DNA of 64,000 bases from Octopus sinensis (lineage: Eukaryota): NCBI RefSeq assembly GCF_006345805.1, contig NC_043011.1:806001-870000 (forward strand), written 5' to 3'. The notes under the pieces were generated by a model. The model had not been told where the DNA came from. It saw only the letters and a program-made list of their open reading frames with translations, and searched no databases. Position 1 is the first letter of the stretch. Each line of letters opens with the position of its first letter. Positions 35,215 to 48,539 of this stretch are shown here, in pieces. The position numbers were made by a program, and so were the translations under genes.

Positions 35215-36160
35215 ATCATCATCATCATCATCATTCTTATCATGTAACATCCATTTTCCATGCAGGCATGGGTTGTATGGTTTGACAGAAGCTGTCCAAC
35301 TGAAGGGCTGTTCAGGTTCCATGTTTGTTTTGGCATTGTTTCTACAGCTGGGTGTCCTTCTTAATGCCATCTACTTTACAGAGTGTACTGGGTGCTTTTA
35401 TACAGCACCAGCATGGGTGCTTTTTACATGGCACCAGGGTTGCAGGGGATGAGCCTGTATGGAAGCACAACCATATTTATACTTAGCTTGATGAGTCTCT
35501 TCACGCAAACTGCCAAGAGTTTTGGTCCTCTGTCATCCCAATGTCTGCAGATCCTTTCTTACCACTTCATCCCACATCTTCCTAAGTCTACCTCTTCCAC
35601 ATGTTCCTTTTACAGTTAGAGATCAGCACCTCTTGATGCAACTGTCTTCATTCATATGTATTGCATGGCCATACCAGTGCAGTTTTCTGTCTTGCACACT
35701 ACATCTGATGCTATGTATACCCAGTTTTTCTCTCAAATCACTTAAACTTTGTCATATATGCACACTGGCATTACTCATCCATTGAAGCATATTGGCTTCA
35801 TTTCTTTCAAGTTTTCTCTTATCCTCAGTAGTCACAGCTCATGTCTCACTGTCATGTAGCAGAGCTGTTCATAGACAGGCATTGTACAATCTGCCTTTCA
35901 CTCTGAGAGAGAGGCCCTTCATTGCTAACAGAGGTAGCAGCTCTCTGAACTTCGCCCAGCCTATTCTTATTCTAGCAGCTATGTTTTGGAACAACCAACC
36001 CCGTTACTAACTTGGTCCCCTAAGTAATGGAAACTGTCTACTATTTTTAAAGATCCCCCTGCTGACATATCAGGGAGTCTATTTTTTGTATATTCCTGCA
36101 TCTACGAGCAACCATGTATCCCATTGCCTGGTGATAATTAAATCAATCTGGCTGGTGTGG
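35215..36160 (-). mobile_element. RTE-clade LINE 3' portion (RT C-terminus, 3' UTR and (GAT)n tail)
   Basis: The minus strand reads ARIRIGWAKFRELLPLL..KGLSLRVKGRLYNAC..LLHDSET, WYGH and GRGRLRKMWDEVVRKDL. The UTR is the family D sequence. Confidence 0.8.
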
Positions 36161-36206
36161 TCACCTGATTGATAGGTTATCAGGTGATAACCTATTTTAT
36201 AAAATA

Positions 36207-36593
36207 CTAGCAGTATCGCCCAGCGTTGCTCGGGTTTGTAAGGGAAATAATTATAAAGCATTTTTAGAGAGTTATAGCCAAAAAATAGCAAAAAAAAAAT
36301 GGAAAAAAATTATGGTAAATTTTTTTTTGAGTTAAAAATGGTGGAGTTGCGTCCCCTAGACAGTCTGTGGTTTGTGTTTCTAATTCTCGACCCCATGTCG
36401 AGTTTATCGATTTTTTTCAGAACTGGGGGGAACTTTTCAAAATTTTCGCTGCGTTAGTTTTGAATTATGACATTGGGCTATGTGTGTGTCAAGTTTCATC
36501 AGAATCAGATGAAAGCCGTGGTCAGGGTGAGGGTACAACCTGACAGACACACCGAAACACACACAGACAAACTGCCATTTATATAGAGAGAGA
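36207..36593 (-). mobile_element. Non-autonomous Helitron, family H1
   Basis: On the minus strand: A|TC 5' end, subterminal hairpin CCCGAGCAACGCTGGG and CTAG|T 3' end. A second copy is at 58150-58530(+). Confidence 0.85.
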
Positions 36594-36636
36594 TCATCAT
36601 TCACTCAATGGATATATAAATGTTATGTGAATAATT

Positions 36637-36674
<38 letters not shown>

Positions 36675-36715
36675 GTGTATATATATATATGTGTGTGTCT
36701 ATATATATGTGTGTA

Positions 36716-36801
<86 letters not shown>

Positions 36802-36814
36802 TACATACATATAC

Positions 36815-36880
<66 letters not shown>

Positions 36881-37262
36881 TCATATTATATAAATAAAGC
36901 TGAAGTTGTCTGTGTATGGCAGGTTTGGTAGCCTTCAACTAACACTATCTCCTCCAAGACCCTGCAGCACAAGTTGACCAAAATTGAAAGTATGATAGAA
37001 GAAGGCTGGCTTCCGTAGAAGAAAAAATTCAAATCGGACCATGTTAAGACCAAAATTTATTTACATCAAAAAGGTGTTTTTTTTCTATGAAAATCACTAT
37101 TTTTTACGATTTTTGACTGTTGTGTCGCCATTTTTCAGTGTATTTCAACTAGAAAAATGTTCACTTAAAGAGAAAGGTACATAATGCAAAATTTTTACGT
37201 TTCAAAAATTCCAATTTTAAAGGGTCGAAACAAACCCGAGCAATGCTGGGTAATACTGCTAG
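36881..37262 (+). mobile_element. Non-autonomous Helitron, family H2
   Basis: 3' end CAAACCCGAGCAATGCTGGGTAATACTGCTAG|T, as in H1, but the body is unrelated. The 5' end is approximate. Confidence 0.7.
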
Positions 37263-37264
37263 TA

Positions 37265-37389
<125 letters not shown>

Positions 37390-37842
37390 CATAGTTCTTA
37401 AATTTGACAGAAATTGGAAGCCAATTCACTGGTGTAAAGGTAACACAGTTGCATTAGCAAAGGGATGTGGGTTCGACTCCCATGCAGATAGGAAAGTCTT
37501 CTTTTTTCTGATGAGGTATTATATGTGCCTTCATTAGACTATTTTCCTTAGTCATTGCACAGTGATCACCGTAAGCTTTAAGCTTATACAAAAATACCAT
37601 TATTATTATTTACTGGATTAGAAATTCGGCGTTGTATAAATACCATTAGCACCAAAATCATATATATATATATATATATACACACACATATATATAAAGT
37701 ATATATACTGTTTGCCCTTTCTATTACAAGTCCATATTTACTTTTTAAAGTAAAGGATAACATATTTTGCTCATTTCCTTGATCTAAAAAAATGTAAACA
37801 AATGGATGCACATCCATATGTGTATATAAATATGTATGAGTA

Positions 37843-37895
<53 letters not shown>

Positions 37896-38074
37896 ACATA
37901 CATATAGATATATCAGGTCATCCTATATGTATTGTCCGGATTTCCATATTTTCAGTTAGTAAACAATTTAACAGCATTTTTGAATGTCTAGTGGCATAAA
38001 GTAATATTTATATGTATTTGGACATATTTAAACTAATTAAATTTCATTTTGCAGGATAATCTAATTGAAATTTC

Positions 38075-38245
38075 ACTAATTATAGCTCTTCAAACTAATA
38101 ACACCTTATGAGTTTAAAAAAGGAACTCTGCAGCTGAAGTGACTCAAAATATTCATTCAGCTTATGCAGAAGTGAGCCTGAAAGACGGAACTTGCAAAAG
38201 ATGATTTTTAAAATTCAGTGAGTGGAACCTCAGATAATGCAGTTA
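38075..38245 (+). mobile_element. mariner transposase N-terminal remnant
   Basis: LYEFKKG-NSAAEVTQNIHSAYAEVSLKDGTCKRWFLKF (HTH; frameshifted, with TGA at W). Confidence 0.65.
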
Positions 38246-38478
38246 TGATTGTCCTTGTTAATACTTATACATACCTACCTTAAGAATGATTTTTTTAATA
38301 CAAACCCTACGTCCTTACTTTGTTTAGACAAAGACAGTTCCCCACAAACACACCCATCGAAGGTCAACACACATCAATATATACTGAAACAGTTTAATCT
38401 ATTCTACATTTTTGACCTGCCCTGCCCAGGGTAAATCTCAGATTAGACAGTCAATTTTGTAACATAATAAACAGATTT

Positions 38479-38636
38479 AAGGTGGTGAGCTGGTAGAATT
38501 ATTAGCATGCTAGGCAAAATGCTTAGTAGCATTTTGACTGTCTTTATGTTTTGAGCTCAAATTTTGCTGAGGTCAACTTTGCTTTTCATCCTTTCGGGGG
38601 TCAATAAAAGAAGTACTAGCTGAGCACTGGGGTCAC
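38479..38636 (+). mobile_element. Older, 3'-truncated SINE family B copy
   Basis: Diverged head and CTTTCATCCTTTCGGGGGTCAATAAA..AAGTAC domain. Confidence 0.75.
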
Positions 38637-39338
38637 CTGACTCACCTGTCTTTTCTCTTCCCATGGCTCATATCATGTTTATTCTTTTACACATTGGAGA
38701 AAATTTACCAAATCTTCCTCTGCAAAACTATAAACTGAACAGTAATCGCACCAAACTCACCTGTTTATGAGAATCTGCAAAACTACCAAGCCACTCTGCC
38801 ACCTTCTTTGACTAAAGTTATCAAAAACAAAACAAAAAAAAGAAGAGGGAGAAAACTCCCAGTAAATCCAGAATCCAAGTAGAGTGGGAATGGGTTGGGG
38901 ATGGCAAGATTTAGTCAATAGAAGAATTTGATAAGTTCAATTGGTGTGAAGAGTTTATATACTAATGCTTTAGCACCTTGCCTTTCCTCCTAGAGAGAGA
39001 AAGTGGTGTTTTGACTTTGGCTTGTAATTAATGAAAGGAATGAGCTGACAGAATAAAGTTGTGAAAGTGTCAGTATGAGGGGTGAGACAAGGCATCATTG
39101 GAGTAGTTGAAAGTGTCTGAGTTCTGAGATATGCAAAGGATTATTACTTAGACTGGATCTAGAGTTGCAGACGTTGATGAGTAAAGAAACTTACTTCATA
39201 ATTATGAGTTTTGGGGTTCAGTCCCATTGTACAGTATGTTAGGCATGTGTCTTTTACCATATCCTAGGAGGGACCAAACACTTGTGAGACAAATGTATAA
39301 TACTCACATAAATCAACAAATGCATATATTTAGTTTCA

Positions 39339-39376
<38 letters not shown>

Positions 39377-39377
<1 letters not shown>

Positions 39378-39790
39378 GGCCCCCGGTTGAGTCGGGGTTA
39401 ACCACAGTAAATAAGGTACTCAATACATAGCAGAGTAAAGTAATTTATTTTATAGAGGGAGCTTCTACAGGACTAGAACTGTTTCATTCAGATGAAATCT
39501 TCAGGAAGCTGGCTGTCAATATAAGGGTAGATTTAATGGGGTGTTGGTGGGGTACGTTTTTGGGGTAAGTTGGTATTAGGGGATAAACAGGGCGCAAACT
39601 ATTGTTCTTAGGGGAGTGGTCAAAAGGCCAGAGAGTTTTTTGAAATGAGAAGAATCAGTGAGAAAGTAAATAAATGAATAAATAGAATAATTGAATAGTC
39701 AGATATGTGGGATGGGGTTTTAGGTAAATTAGGAGACAATTGCTTTTAGTTAGTTTGTTATTGTTAAGTGGAGGGAAGAAGTAGATAAGT
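39377..39790 (-). mobile_element. PLE-type pseudo-LTR fragment carrying a hammerhead, inserted next to (TA)n
   Basis: Contains the motif at 39460-39510. A related inverted copy is at 41885-42116. Confidence 0.65.
39460..39510 (-). ncRNA. Type I hammerhead ribozyme with intact core
   Basis: The minus strand reads AGCTTC-CTGAAGA-T-TTC(ATCT)GAA-T-GAAA-CAG(TTCTAGTC)CTG-TA-GAAGCT. Stem I 6 bp, stem II 3 bp plus a U.U closing pair, stem III 4 bp, GUA triplet. Confidence 0.8.
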
Positions 39791-39799
39791 ATACATGAA

Positions 39800-39925
39800 A
39801 AAACATATAAAATAAATATACATACAAACCCACATACATACACATGCAAATATCCATATATATATATATACATACGCACATGTATATACATACAGACACA
39901 CACACAGATACATACACCTATATAT

Positions 39926-39986
<61 letters not shown>

Positions 39987-40176
39987 TATACACATACATA
40001 TACGTATACATACATACACGCACACACACGCACATATATATATATACATATATATACCCTCATATACACACACACATATATATTTTTTTCTCTCCTCATC
40101 TTCTTCCCTTATTTTATTTTTATTTTTATTTTCCCTTTTCTCTATTTGTCTCTCTCCCCTACTCCAAACACACAGA

Positions 40177-40219
<43 letters not shown>

Positions 40220-40971
40220 ACGTATACACAGAGACGCACACATACACCTCCACAATACAATCATACAAAGTAGACGAAGTTCTTAGACCCCAAATGGCAT
40301 CTGACCATCCTCAAAATCATAAAGGTGTAATTTATGGCCTACCTACCCACCGACACACATTTAGTGACGCTACAACAGACAAATTTCTTAGAACTTCCCT
40401 GGGGTTCCAGCAGGCCAAAGGGAATCCTTCTTCTACTCCCCTCTCCCTTCCCTTCTTTCTCTTTACCCTCGGATACAAACGCACACACTCACACACACAC
40501 ACACACTCGCACACACACTCATACACATACACACATGTTCTCTCACTCATTTCTTCCTCATCCACTTATACATATGTCTCTCTACATGCATATATATATA
40601 TATATATACACACACAAATACACATATGCATACATACATAAATGTACTCACGTTCATATAAACATATACATAATTATGCATATATAAACACACATATAAA
40701 CGTACTTCTATACACATAAACACACATAAATATATGCACGCATATATAAACGCATATGCACATATAAAAACATATGTGCATATAAATATACATACGCATA
40801 TATAAGCTTCTATAGGCATATAAATACACATGCATACATAAATGCATACATGCATATACATACATACACACATATACATACATGCACATGCATACACATA
40901 CGTACACGTACATACATATACATATCTACACATATACACATACATATATACCCATACAAAAATCTACAAGT

Positions 40972-41028
<57 letters not shown>

Positions 41029-41269
41029 CCTACATCCATATGCAAATATACAAGCATAGGTATATATAAATACACATACGCATATCTACACATATACACA
41101 CATATATATACCTATATAAAAGTCTACAAGTCTATACACACACATATATATATATATACACACATATATATATATACACATACACACATACACACATATA
41201 CATACATATATATATATATATATACATATATACACACATACATATATATACATATACATACATATATGC

Positions 41270-41316
<47 letters not shown>

Positions 41317-41396
41317 AATACATACATGCATACATATATATACATATACACATATACATACATACACAAATATATACATGCATATACACATTCTTT

Positions 41397-41450
<54 letters not shown>

Positions 41451-42273
41451 CATAAATACACACAAGCATACATATATATATACACATATACATACATACA
41501 TACACACACATAGATAGATACACACACATATGCACATATATATATATATATATATACACATACATAAACATATACATATGTATATACATACATATAAATA
41601 TATCCTCGTGTACACACACATACATTAATACATACACGCACATACAAACATATGCATATATACACACATACATATACATACATATACATATATATATATC
41701 TATATATATATATATATACACATATATATATATACACATACAAACATGCACACATATACACATACACATGTATACACGCCTACACATACACATGTACATA
41801 TACAGATGCACACACACACATACATATACATATATGCATTCATATACATATATGTGCACATATGCACATGCCCACATCCATATATATGTATATTGTCTTA
41901 GGAGAGAAGGTAATTGGGGGTGATGAAGGAACGGTGGGGGTGGGGGGTTTGGTGGTTGGGGTATCGTCAATCGGGTTGCCGGGTGGGTCTGTAGTTTTTG
42001 TAGTTTGCATAAATTTTGTGCATACAGTTTGGGGAGTGTTTCGAGATCTTGACAGCCAGCTTCCTGAAGATTTCATCTGAATGAAGCAGTTCTAGTCCTG
42101 TAAAGCTCCTTCTCTAATATATATATATATATATATATATGTTTGCTTGTATGCCTAAAACAATTATTAACTCACATATAAGTACATGAACAAATATACT
42201 TACATTAATACATCATATGACTATAATAAATTCTATACACAAATGTATAAATAATATGTATGTGTGTGTGTGC

Positions 42274-42311
<38 letters not shown>

Positions 42312-42389
42312 TGTATGCATATATGTGTGCATGTGTAAGAGAGAAGGGGAGAATATATGTATGTGTGTATGTATGTACAGATATATATA

Positions 42390-42425
<36 letters not shown>

Positions 42426-42600
42426 TACATACATACACATATACATATATTCTCCCCTTCTCTCTTACACATGCACACATATATGCATATATGACATATA
42501 TACACATGCATGCACATGCATACACACACACATACATATACACGTATCAATACACACTAAACATTGTGTATATGTGTGTGCATGTATGTTTATGTAAACC
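39800..42600. repeat. Large compound (TA)n/(CA)n/(TACA)n microsatellite field
   Basis: Directly visible. It produces the YI/HT/CV-repeat pseudo-ORFs. Confidence 0.95.
42059..42106 (+). ncRNA. Mutated copy of the 39460-39510 hammerhead
   Basis: GCTTC-CTGAAGA-TTTCATCTGAAT-GAAG-CAGTTCTAGTCCTG-TA-AAGC. GAAA has become GAAG and there is a 1-nt loss in stem I'. Confidence 0.65.
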
Positions 42601-43958
42601 CATTAGGGACATTATATATGAAAATTATACAAAATAGACAAAAAAATTAGAATCTAAACTGGAAGTTGGTGGCAGTGGAAGAATAGGAAGAGTGGAAAAG
42701 TATATAGAGATGAGTGGCAGAAGAGGAGATGGTAAAATTAGGAGAAAAAAGAATCAGGAGATGTAGAAGGAAGAGGAGGAGGAGGAGGAGGAGGAGGGGG
42801 AGGAGGAAGAGGAGAAGGAAGGAACTAGTAGTTGTGAAGTAAGTAAAACAACATAAAAATTTCAGACTAAATAACAAATTTATAGAAGCAGAGCCAGCAG
42901 AGCCAGCAGAGCCAGATAATATTGATTTATTGAACTGCTAAAGTAACAAAAAATTGAAATAAAATTCCGAGGAAACATTTATACTTCATGTTACCACCTT
43001 CATCATCATCATCATCATCATGGCCACCACAACCACCACCACCACCACCACCACCACCACGAACCACCATTACCACGAACCACCATTACCACGAACCACC
43101 ATTACCACATTCCTAAAACTAGAAATCCTGATTGTTATTTATTAGATATGGATGGAAAAATTGTTAAAGAATCTGACGATATGTTTTATAGTATTACGTA
43201 TTTTGATGTCCTGAGCTTGGTAGATAGGACATCATTTTACAAACCTTCAACATCATTTTGCATCCTTTGAGTATCAGAAAATAAGTACCAGGACTGAGGC
43301 TCATTTCACTGACTGTCGGTCTTTAATATTATTACTGTAATTTGTCTTGTTCTGGATAGAGTTAGTAGTTTGGATTCTATCTAGAGGTTTGTGTGTGTGT
43401 GTGGGTGAGTGTGCGTGAGTGTGTGTGTGCATTGTGTGCATGAGTGTGTGTGTGCATGAGCGTGAGTGTGTGTGTGTGTGTGCATGCATGTGTGTGTGAG
43501 TGTGTGTGTGTGTGCATGCATGCATGTGTGCATCAGTGTGTGTGCGTGCGTGCATGAGTGCGTGAGTGTGTGTGTGCGTGCGTGCATGTGCACGCGTGTG
43601 TGTGTGTGTACGCATGCATGTGTGTGTGAGTGTGTGTGTGTGAAGTGGAATCCATAATTTTCACATTGACACCCCTTGAGCAGTAATGACTGACAATATG
43701 TCCCAGCAGCTCAGCGGTTTCAGCTGGGATGACCAGCAGAATGTACCTTATTTGAAAAAAACTTAGAAGTTGGTTTCAGTAAGAGCCTCCGACTATAGAA
43801 CACTGCCTCAATATATCTCATTTGCTTAGACAAACAGAGAAAAGGCAGACAAGAAAATCAGTCATAATGCTGCTGCTGTTGATGAATGTGTGTATATTAT
43901 TTATTCTTTTATTGGTTTAAACATTGGAGTGGGAACTTGCTACAAGACAAGTTCCTAG

Positions 43959-44480
43959 CCCTTTCATTACCGAACCGCCCAAAGCTGCCCGAAAAAAATT
44001 TTAGTTCATGTGACCAAGCCGCCCAAAACCGTCCGTAGTTACCTATTCATATTTAAATGAGAATATCAGAGCAAATCTCGTTAGTACATTCGTGAAAACA
44101 CGTGATTATACTTTGTAAACAGTTCATCTACAGTTTTGTATGACGATCAACGTGTAATTTTAATTCCATGAATTTTGGGAGATTTTTTCCCAAATTTATC
44201 CCTATTGTGTTTTCAAAATTTGTAATTCTGACTAAAAAATGGATATGAATTTCATTCTATCAAGCAGCGAGTCAGAATTCGAAGGATTTTCTACTGAAGA
44301 ACATGATGAATCTAACTCTATGACTGAAAAAAAAAGCACGTGGTATTTGATAATGAATCCAATGTTTCATTTTCCGAAAGTGAAAGCAGTGAATCCGAGA
44401 GCTCCAACAGCGATAAAGAAAATGAATTGGCACCTGAATGGAGTGAAAATTAGTAGGATATTAGTAGTAACCAGTTCCAA
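43959..44480 (+). mobile_element. piggyBac-type transposon 5' remnant
   Basis: Starts with TIR CCCTTTCATTACC, shared with the TTAA-flanked MITE at 62507-62727. Acidic transposase N-terminus MDMNFILSSSESEFEGFS..ESESSESESSNSDKENELAPEWS (frameshifted). Confidence 0.7.
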
Positions 44481-44744
44481 GAATTACCTTGAGTAAAGTT
44501 AACTGTAGTTACTAGCTCCACTGTTGAAGAGAAAGTAAGGTAGATTACGAGTGAAAGGTCTGCGAGGAATACAGGACAGTATAAAGGAAAGATAGAAATG
44601 TAAATACACAAGAGTAGGTAGAGAATAACTAGAATAGTGAAGGTGTATATAAGTGAGGAGTTAATGGTATCTTTTATCTTTTACATGTTTCAGTCATTTG
44701 ACTGTGGCCATGCTGGGGCACTGCCTTGAAGGGTTTTAGTTGAA

Positions 44745-45667
44745 CCCCATCGGAAATCTACAATGGTTCCATAACTCTCATCTCAGCTATAAGATTTTTG
44801 TGGAAACTGGGATCTCGAGGTGGTCATTAAGCTCTGCAGTAATTTTGGGAGCTGTACTTTTGTGATTCTTTCTAGCAATTCACTTAAGAGTCCAACGGTC
44901 ACTATCTGAAAGTTTTGGTTTTCTTCCTGGAGTTTTGTTTCAACAAGGAGGTTTTTGAGATAGTACTTCTTCATACACCAAACATTTCAGCTGTTTTCGT
45001 TACGCTAGTGCCTACCATATGAGCAACAATTTGACGTCTTTGAAAGTCCGATAGATCTGTCATTTTAATGAATTTTAATTACCTTTTTCTGATGATATCT
45101 GAAAAGAAACAGCAATTTTAGCAAAACCTATTAAGCAACGCTAATAAAAAATAAAAAAAAAACATAAAAATACACAGTGGTAAGTAGCTTGCTAACCAAC
45201 GACATGGTTCCGGGTTCAGTCCCACTGCGTGGCATCTTGGGCAAGTGTCTTCTGCTATAGCCCCGGGCCGACCAATGCCTTGTGAGTGGATTTGGTAGAC
45301 GGAAACTGAAAGAAGCCTGTCGTATATATGTATATTTATATATATATGTATGTGTGTGTGTGTTTGTGTCTGTGTTAGTCCCCCCAACATTGCTTGACAA
45401 CCGATGCTGGTCTCTTTTGCCAAACCGCTAAGTTACGGGGATGTAAACACATCCCCGTAACTTAGCGGTTTGGCAAAAGAGACCGATAGAATAAGTACTG
45501 GGCTTACAAAGAATAAGTTGCGGGGTCGATTTGCTCGACTAAAGGCGGTGCTCCAGCATGGCCGCAGTCAAATGACTGAAACAAGTAAAAGAGTAAAGCT
45601 TTTTACTGTTTTATAGATATTTCAAAATTATGATGCTAGGTGTTTCAATTATTTTGTCCAACCCCTG
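44745..45667 (-). mobile_element. Tc1-type transposon 5' remnant interrupted by a SINE
   Basis: TA|CAGGGGTTGGACAAAATAATTGAAACACC TIR at 45667. The minus strand reads GRKPKLSDSDRWTLK*IARKNHKSTAPKITAELNDHLEIPVSTK. Confidence 0.8.
45176..45597 (+). mobile_element. SINE family C with an internal perfect inverted duplication
   Basis: Collinear with 14043-14457 except for a 36-bp-arm palindrome at 45409-45484. Confidence 0.9.
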
Positions 45668-46109
45668 TATGTATGCATATATATATATATATTGAAATGT
45701 GTATGTATATATATTATATTATTCATTAAATTTAATTCAATTGTGTTTTGTTTTGGAGAGAATTGAAATAAAGCTTTCACTTTTTTTATCATAGCAATAA
45801 CTATGGAAGACTGGTGGGATTATTATTTGTATGGACTTAAATTTAGTTATTGTAGTTTTACTGTTAATACTAATACAGATGTACATATGTTCATGTGTTT
45901 CTTTGTCGTAGTTTAATCATAAAGTTAGGGTTTAATCCTGCCTATATTTCGAATGAATGAATGTGGTTATTAAGCTTTCACTTACTATGGAAGACTGTAC
46001 AGAATAAAATGTATGATTTAAAAGTTTGGTTGCTGTTTAGTTACATATTTAGGAGTTGGCTATTGATTTACTTATTGAATTTGTTTACTGATACTGTTGT
46101 ACATAGGGT

Positions 46110-46712
46110 AAATTTGAAAGTTGTGGTTTCTTTGGTATGGTTGTTCCCAAAACAACACTTATTTTAGTGATGTTGATACCATTGGTACTGCCCAGATATC
46201 AAAACCACAATGATATCTATGTGGCAGCTGATGATGGATGTTGTATTGTTGGGATGGCTGTTTTTTGTATATGTGGAATAGTATTATAACATATCCTTTT
46301 GATATATATATATATATAATAAATATCTGTAAATATAATATGTGACAATTATTCAGTGGCTGCCAAATAATTGTCACATATTATATTTACAGATAAATTC
46401 CTTTATTTACATAATATCGAGGTCTCTTTCATTCTTTTGTTGTCTTGCCATTTCTATCAATATATATTATAAATGTGTATATATATATACATATATAGTC
46501 TTATACGTATACATATGTATAAATATATACATATATAGGCTTATATGTATATATTATATATACACAAATATATATATATATATGTATATACATATATATA
46601 TATATATGTATGTGTATATATATAAAGGTTTATATATATATGTATATATATGTGTGTGTTTGTGTGCTTATATATGTATATGCATTTATATATATGTATA
46701 TATATGTATATA

Positions 46713-46754
<42 letters not shown>

Positions 46755-46822
46755 TATATATATATATATATATACACATATATATAAATATATACACATA
46801 TACATATATAAGCACACACATT

Positions 46823-46854
<32 letters not shown>

Positions 46855-46869
46855 AACATTTATATATAT

Positions 46870-46912
<43 letters not shown>

Positions 46913-47163
46913 CATAGATATATATATTTGTGTATATATAATATATACATATAAGCCTATATATGTATATTTATACATGTGTATACGTAGAAGACTATAT
47001 ATATATACATATTTATGATATATATTGATAGAAATGGCAAGACAACAAAAGAATGAAAGAGACTTCGATATTATGTAAATAAAGGAATTTATCTGTAAAT
47101 ATAATATGTGACAATTATTCGGCAGCCACTGAATAATTGTCACATATTATATCTACAGATATT

Positions 47164-47215
<52 letters not shown>

Positions 47216-47416
47216 AAAGGATATGTTATAATACTATTCCATATATACAAAAACACCCATCCCAACAATACAACATACTTCCATCATCAGCTGCCACATA
47301 GATATCATTGTGGTTTTGACATCTGGGCAGTACCATTCAATCCAATGGTATCAACATCACTAAAATAAGTGTCGTTTGGGAACAACCATACCAAAGAAAC
47401 CACAACTTTGAAATTA
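46110..47416. repeat. ~1.3-kb near-perfect palindrome centred on (TA)n
   Basis: The left arm from ~46110 matches the reverse complement of the right arm ending ~47416, including unique sequence, a PLE mini-element and irregular TA/CA patterns. A few substitutions and indels. Confidence 0.9.
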
Positions 47417-48539
47417 TATATAATGGAAAATATAGTTGACTGAGGGAAACACAAAGAGAAGTAGGTAATAGATACCTAAATACATAGATTATCAGATGGA
47501 TATATAAATTGTGGTAGTAAGATAGATAGACATACATGCATATGCACGCATATACTTAAACTGAATTTGAAAAGCAAAGAGAAATGAAAGGAGAAAGGAT
47601 TCAAAAATGTAGAGAAAGCATGCAAGAGACGGAAAGAGAGAGAGAAAGAAAGAGAGAAAAAAGGGATATATTTTTGTCAATTGAACTAGGAGGGAACCTC
47701 TCATATGTGAAAACATCAAATAAAAATAAATCTACCAGTTTTAATTTGATTGCAAGTCATTTCAGAATTATATTTGATATACACTTGAGAAAGAATTGTG
47801 AATTTTATGTATAAACAGCAATAAAAGAGCAATATAAAATTAAAACAACACACACAAAATTACTAAATTTACAAAACCAACAAACTATGCCATATAGAAC
47901 TGCAAATTTTTCCATTCATGATAAATTTAGTTGTTACAGTTGCTGTTCCTAAATTTTCTAATTATGTTTTCAACTGATCATCATTTTTTTTTCTGAGATA
48001 TGATTTTTGCATCTTTAGGAATATTCCTTAATGGATTTTTCTCATTTAATTATTGAATTTCCTTTTTTTAGTTTTAAATTATATATATGCATAAATTTTG
48101 TTATTTATCAATGCACTGATGTGTCTGTGTGTTTGTGTACATATGTATGGGTAGATAAGTATGTATGCATTTGTGGATGGGTGTTTTTGCATGTGCTAAG
48201 CAGTGTAATAGTTTAGTTATTCTATGATTATTGTATTGTTATGGCTCATTTAAGCACTGTGTTTATATAAGGAGTTGATCCAATTATTTGAATAATCCAC
48301 AACCATGAATCTGTAGTAATGGAAGTGTAACTGAATGATTAAAATGGTTAATACACAAACATCTGAGTAACAGGATTGAGTTAATACTTGTTTTTTTTTC
48401 TACATTATCATAAACAATAGAATATATGTGTGTGTGTATGCATGGGTGTTTCAGAGTGTTCTTGTGTGTATGCATTAGTTGTATTTATGCATACGAATAT
48501 TGGATATGAAAAATATATACATGTGTATACATGTGTTTA

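Noticed and set aside
39655-42637. Many ORFs of 60-294 aa rich in YI, HT, CV or MY repeats (also around 18000-18500, 36600-37400, 46300-47400, 56300-56600 and 63080-63620)
   Set aside because: They are translations of (TA)n/(CA)n/(TACA)n microsatellites, which lack stop codons in some frames. No domain content.
43660-43750. Short GC-richer open stretch (minus strand YILLVIPAETAELLGHIVSHYCSRGVN) as a possible host exon
   Set aside because: Weak donor site, no recognisable homology and no partner exons. Would need RNA-seq.
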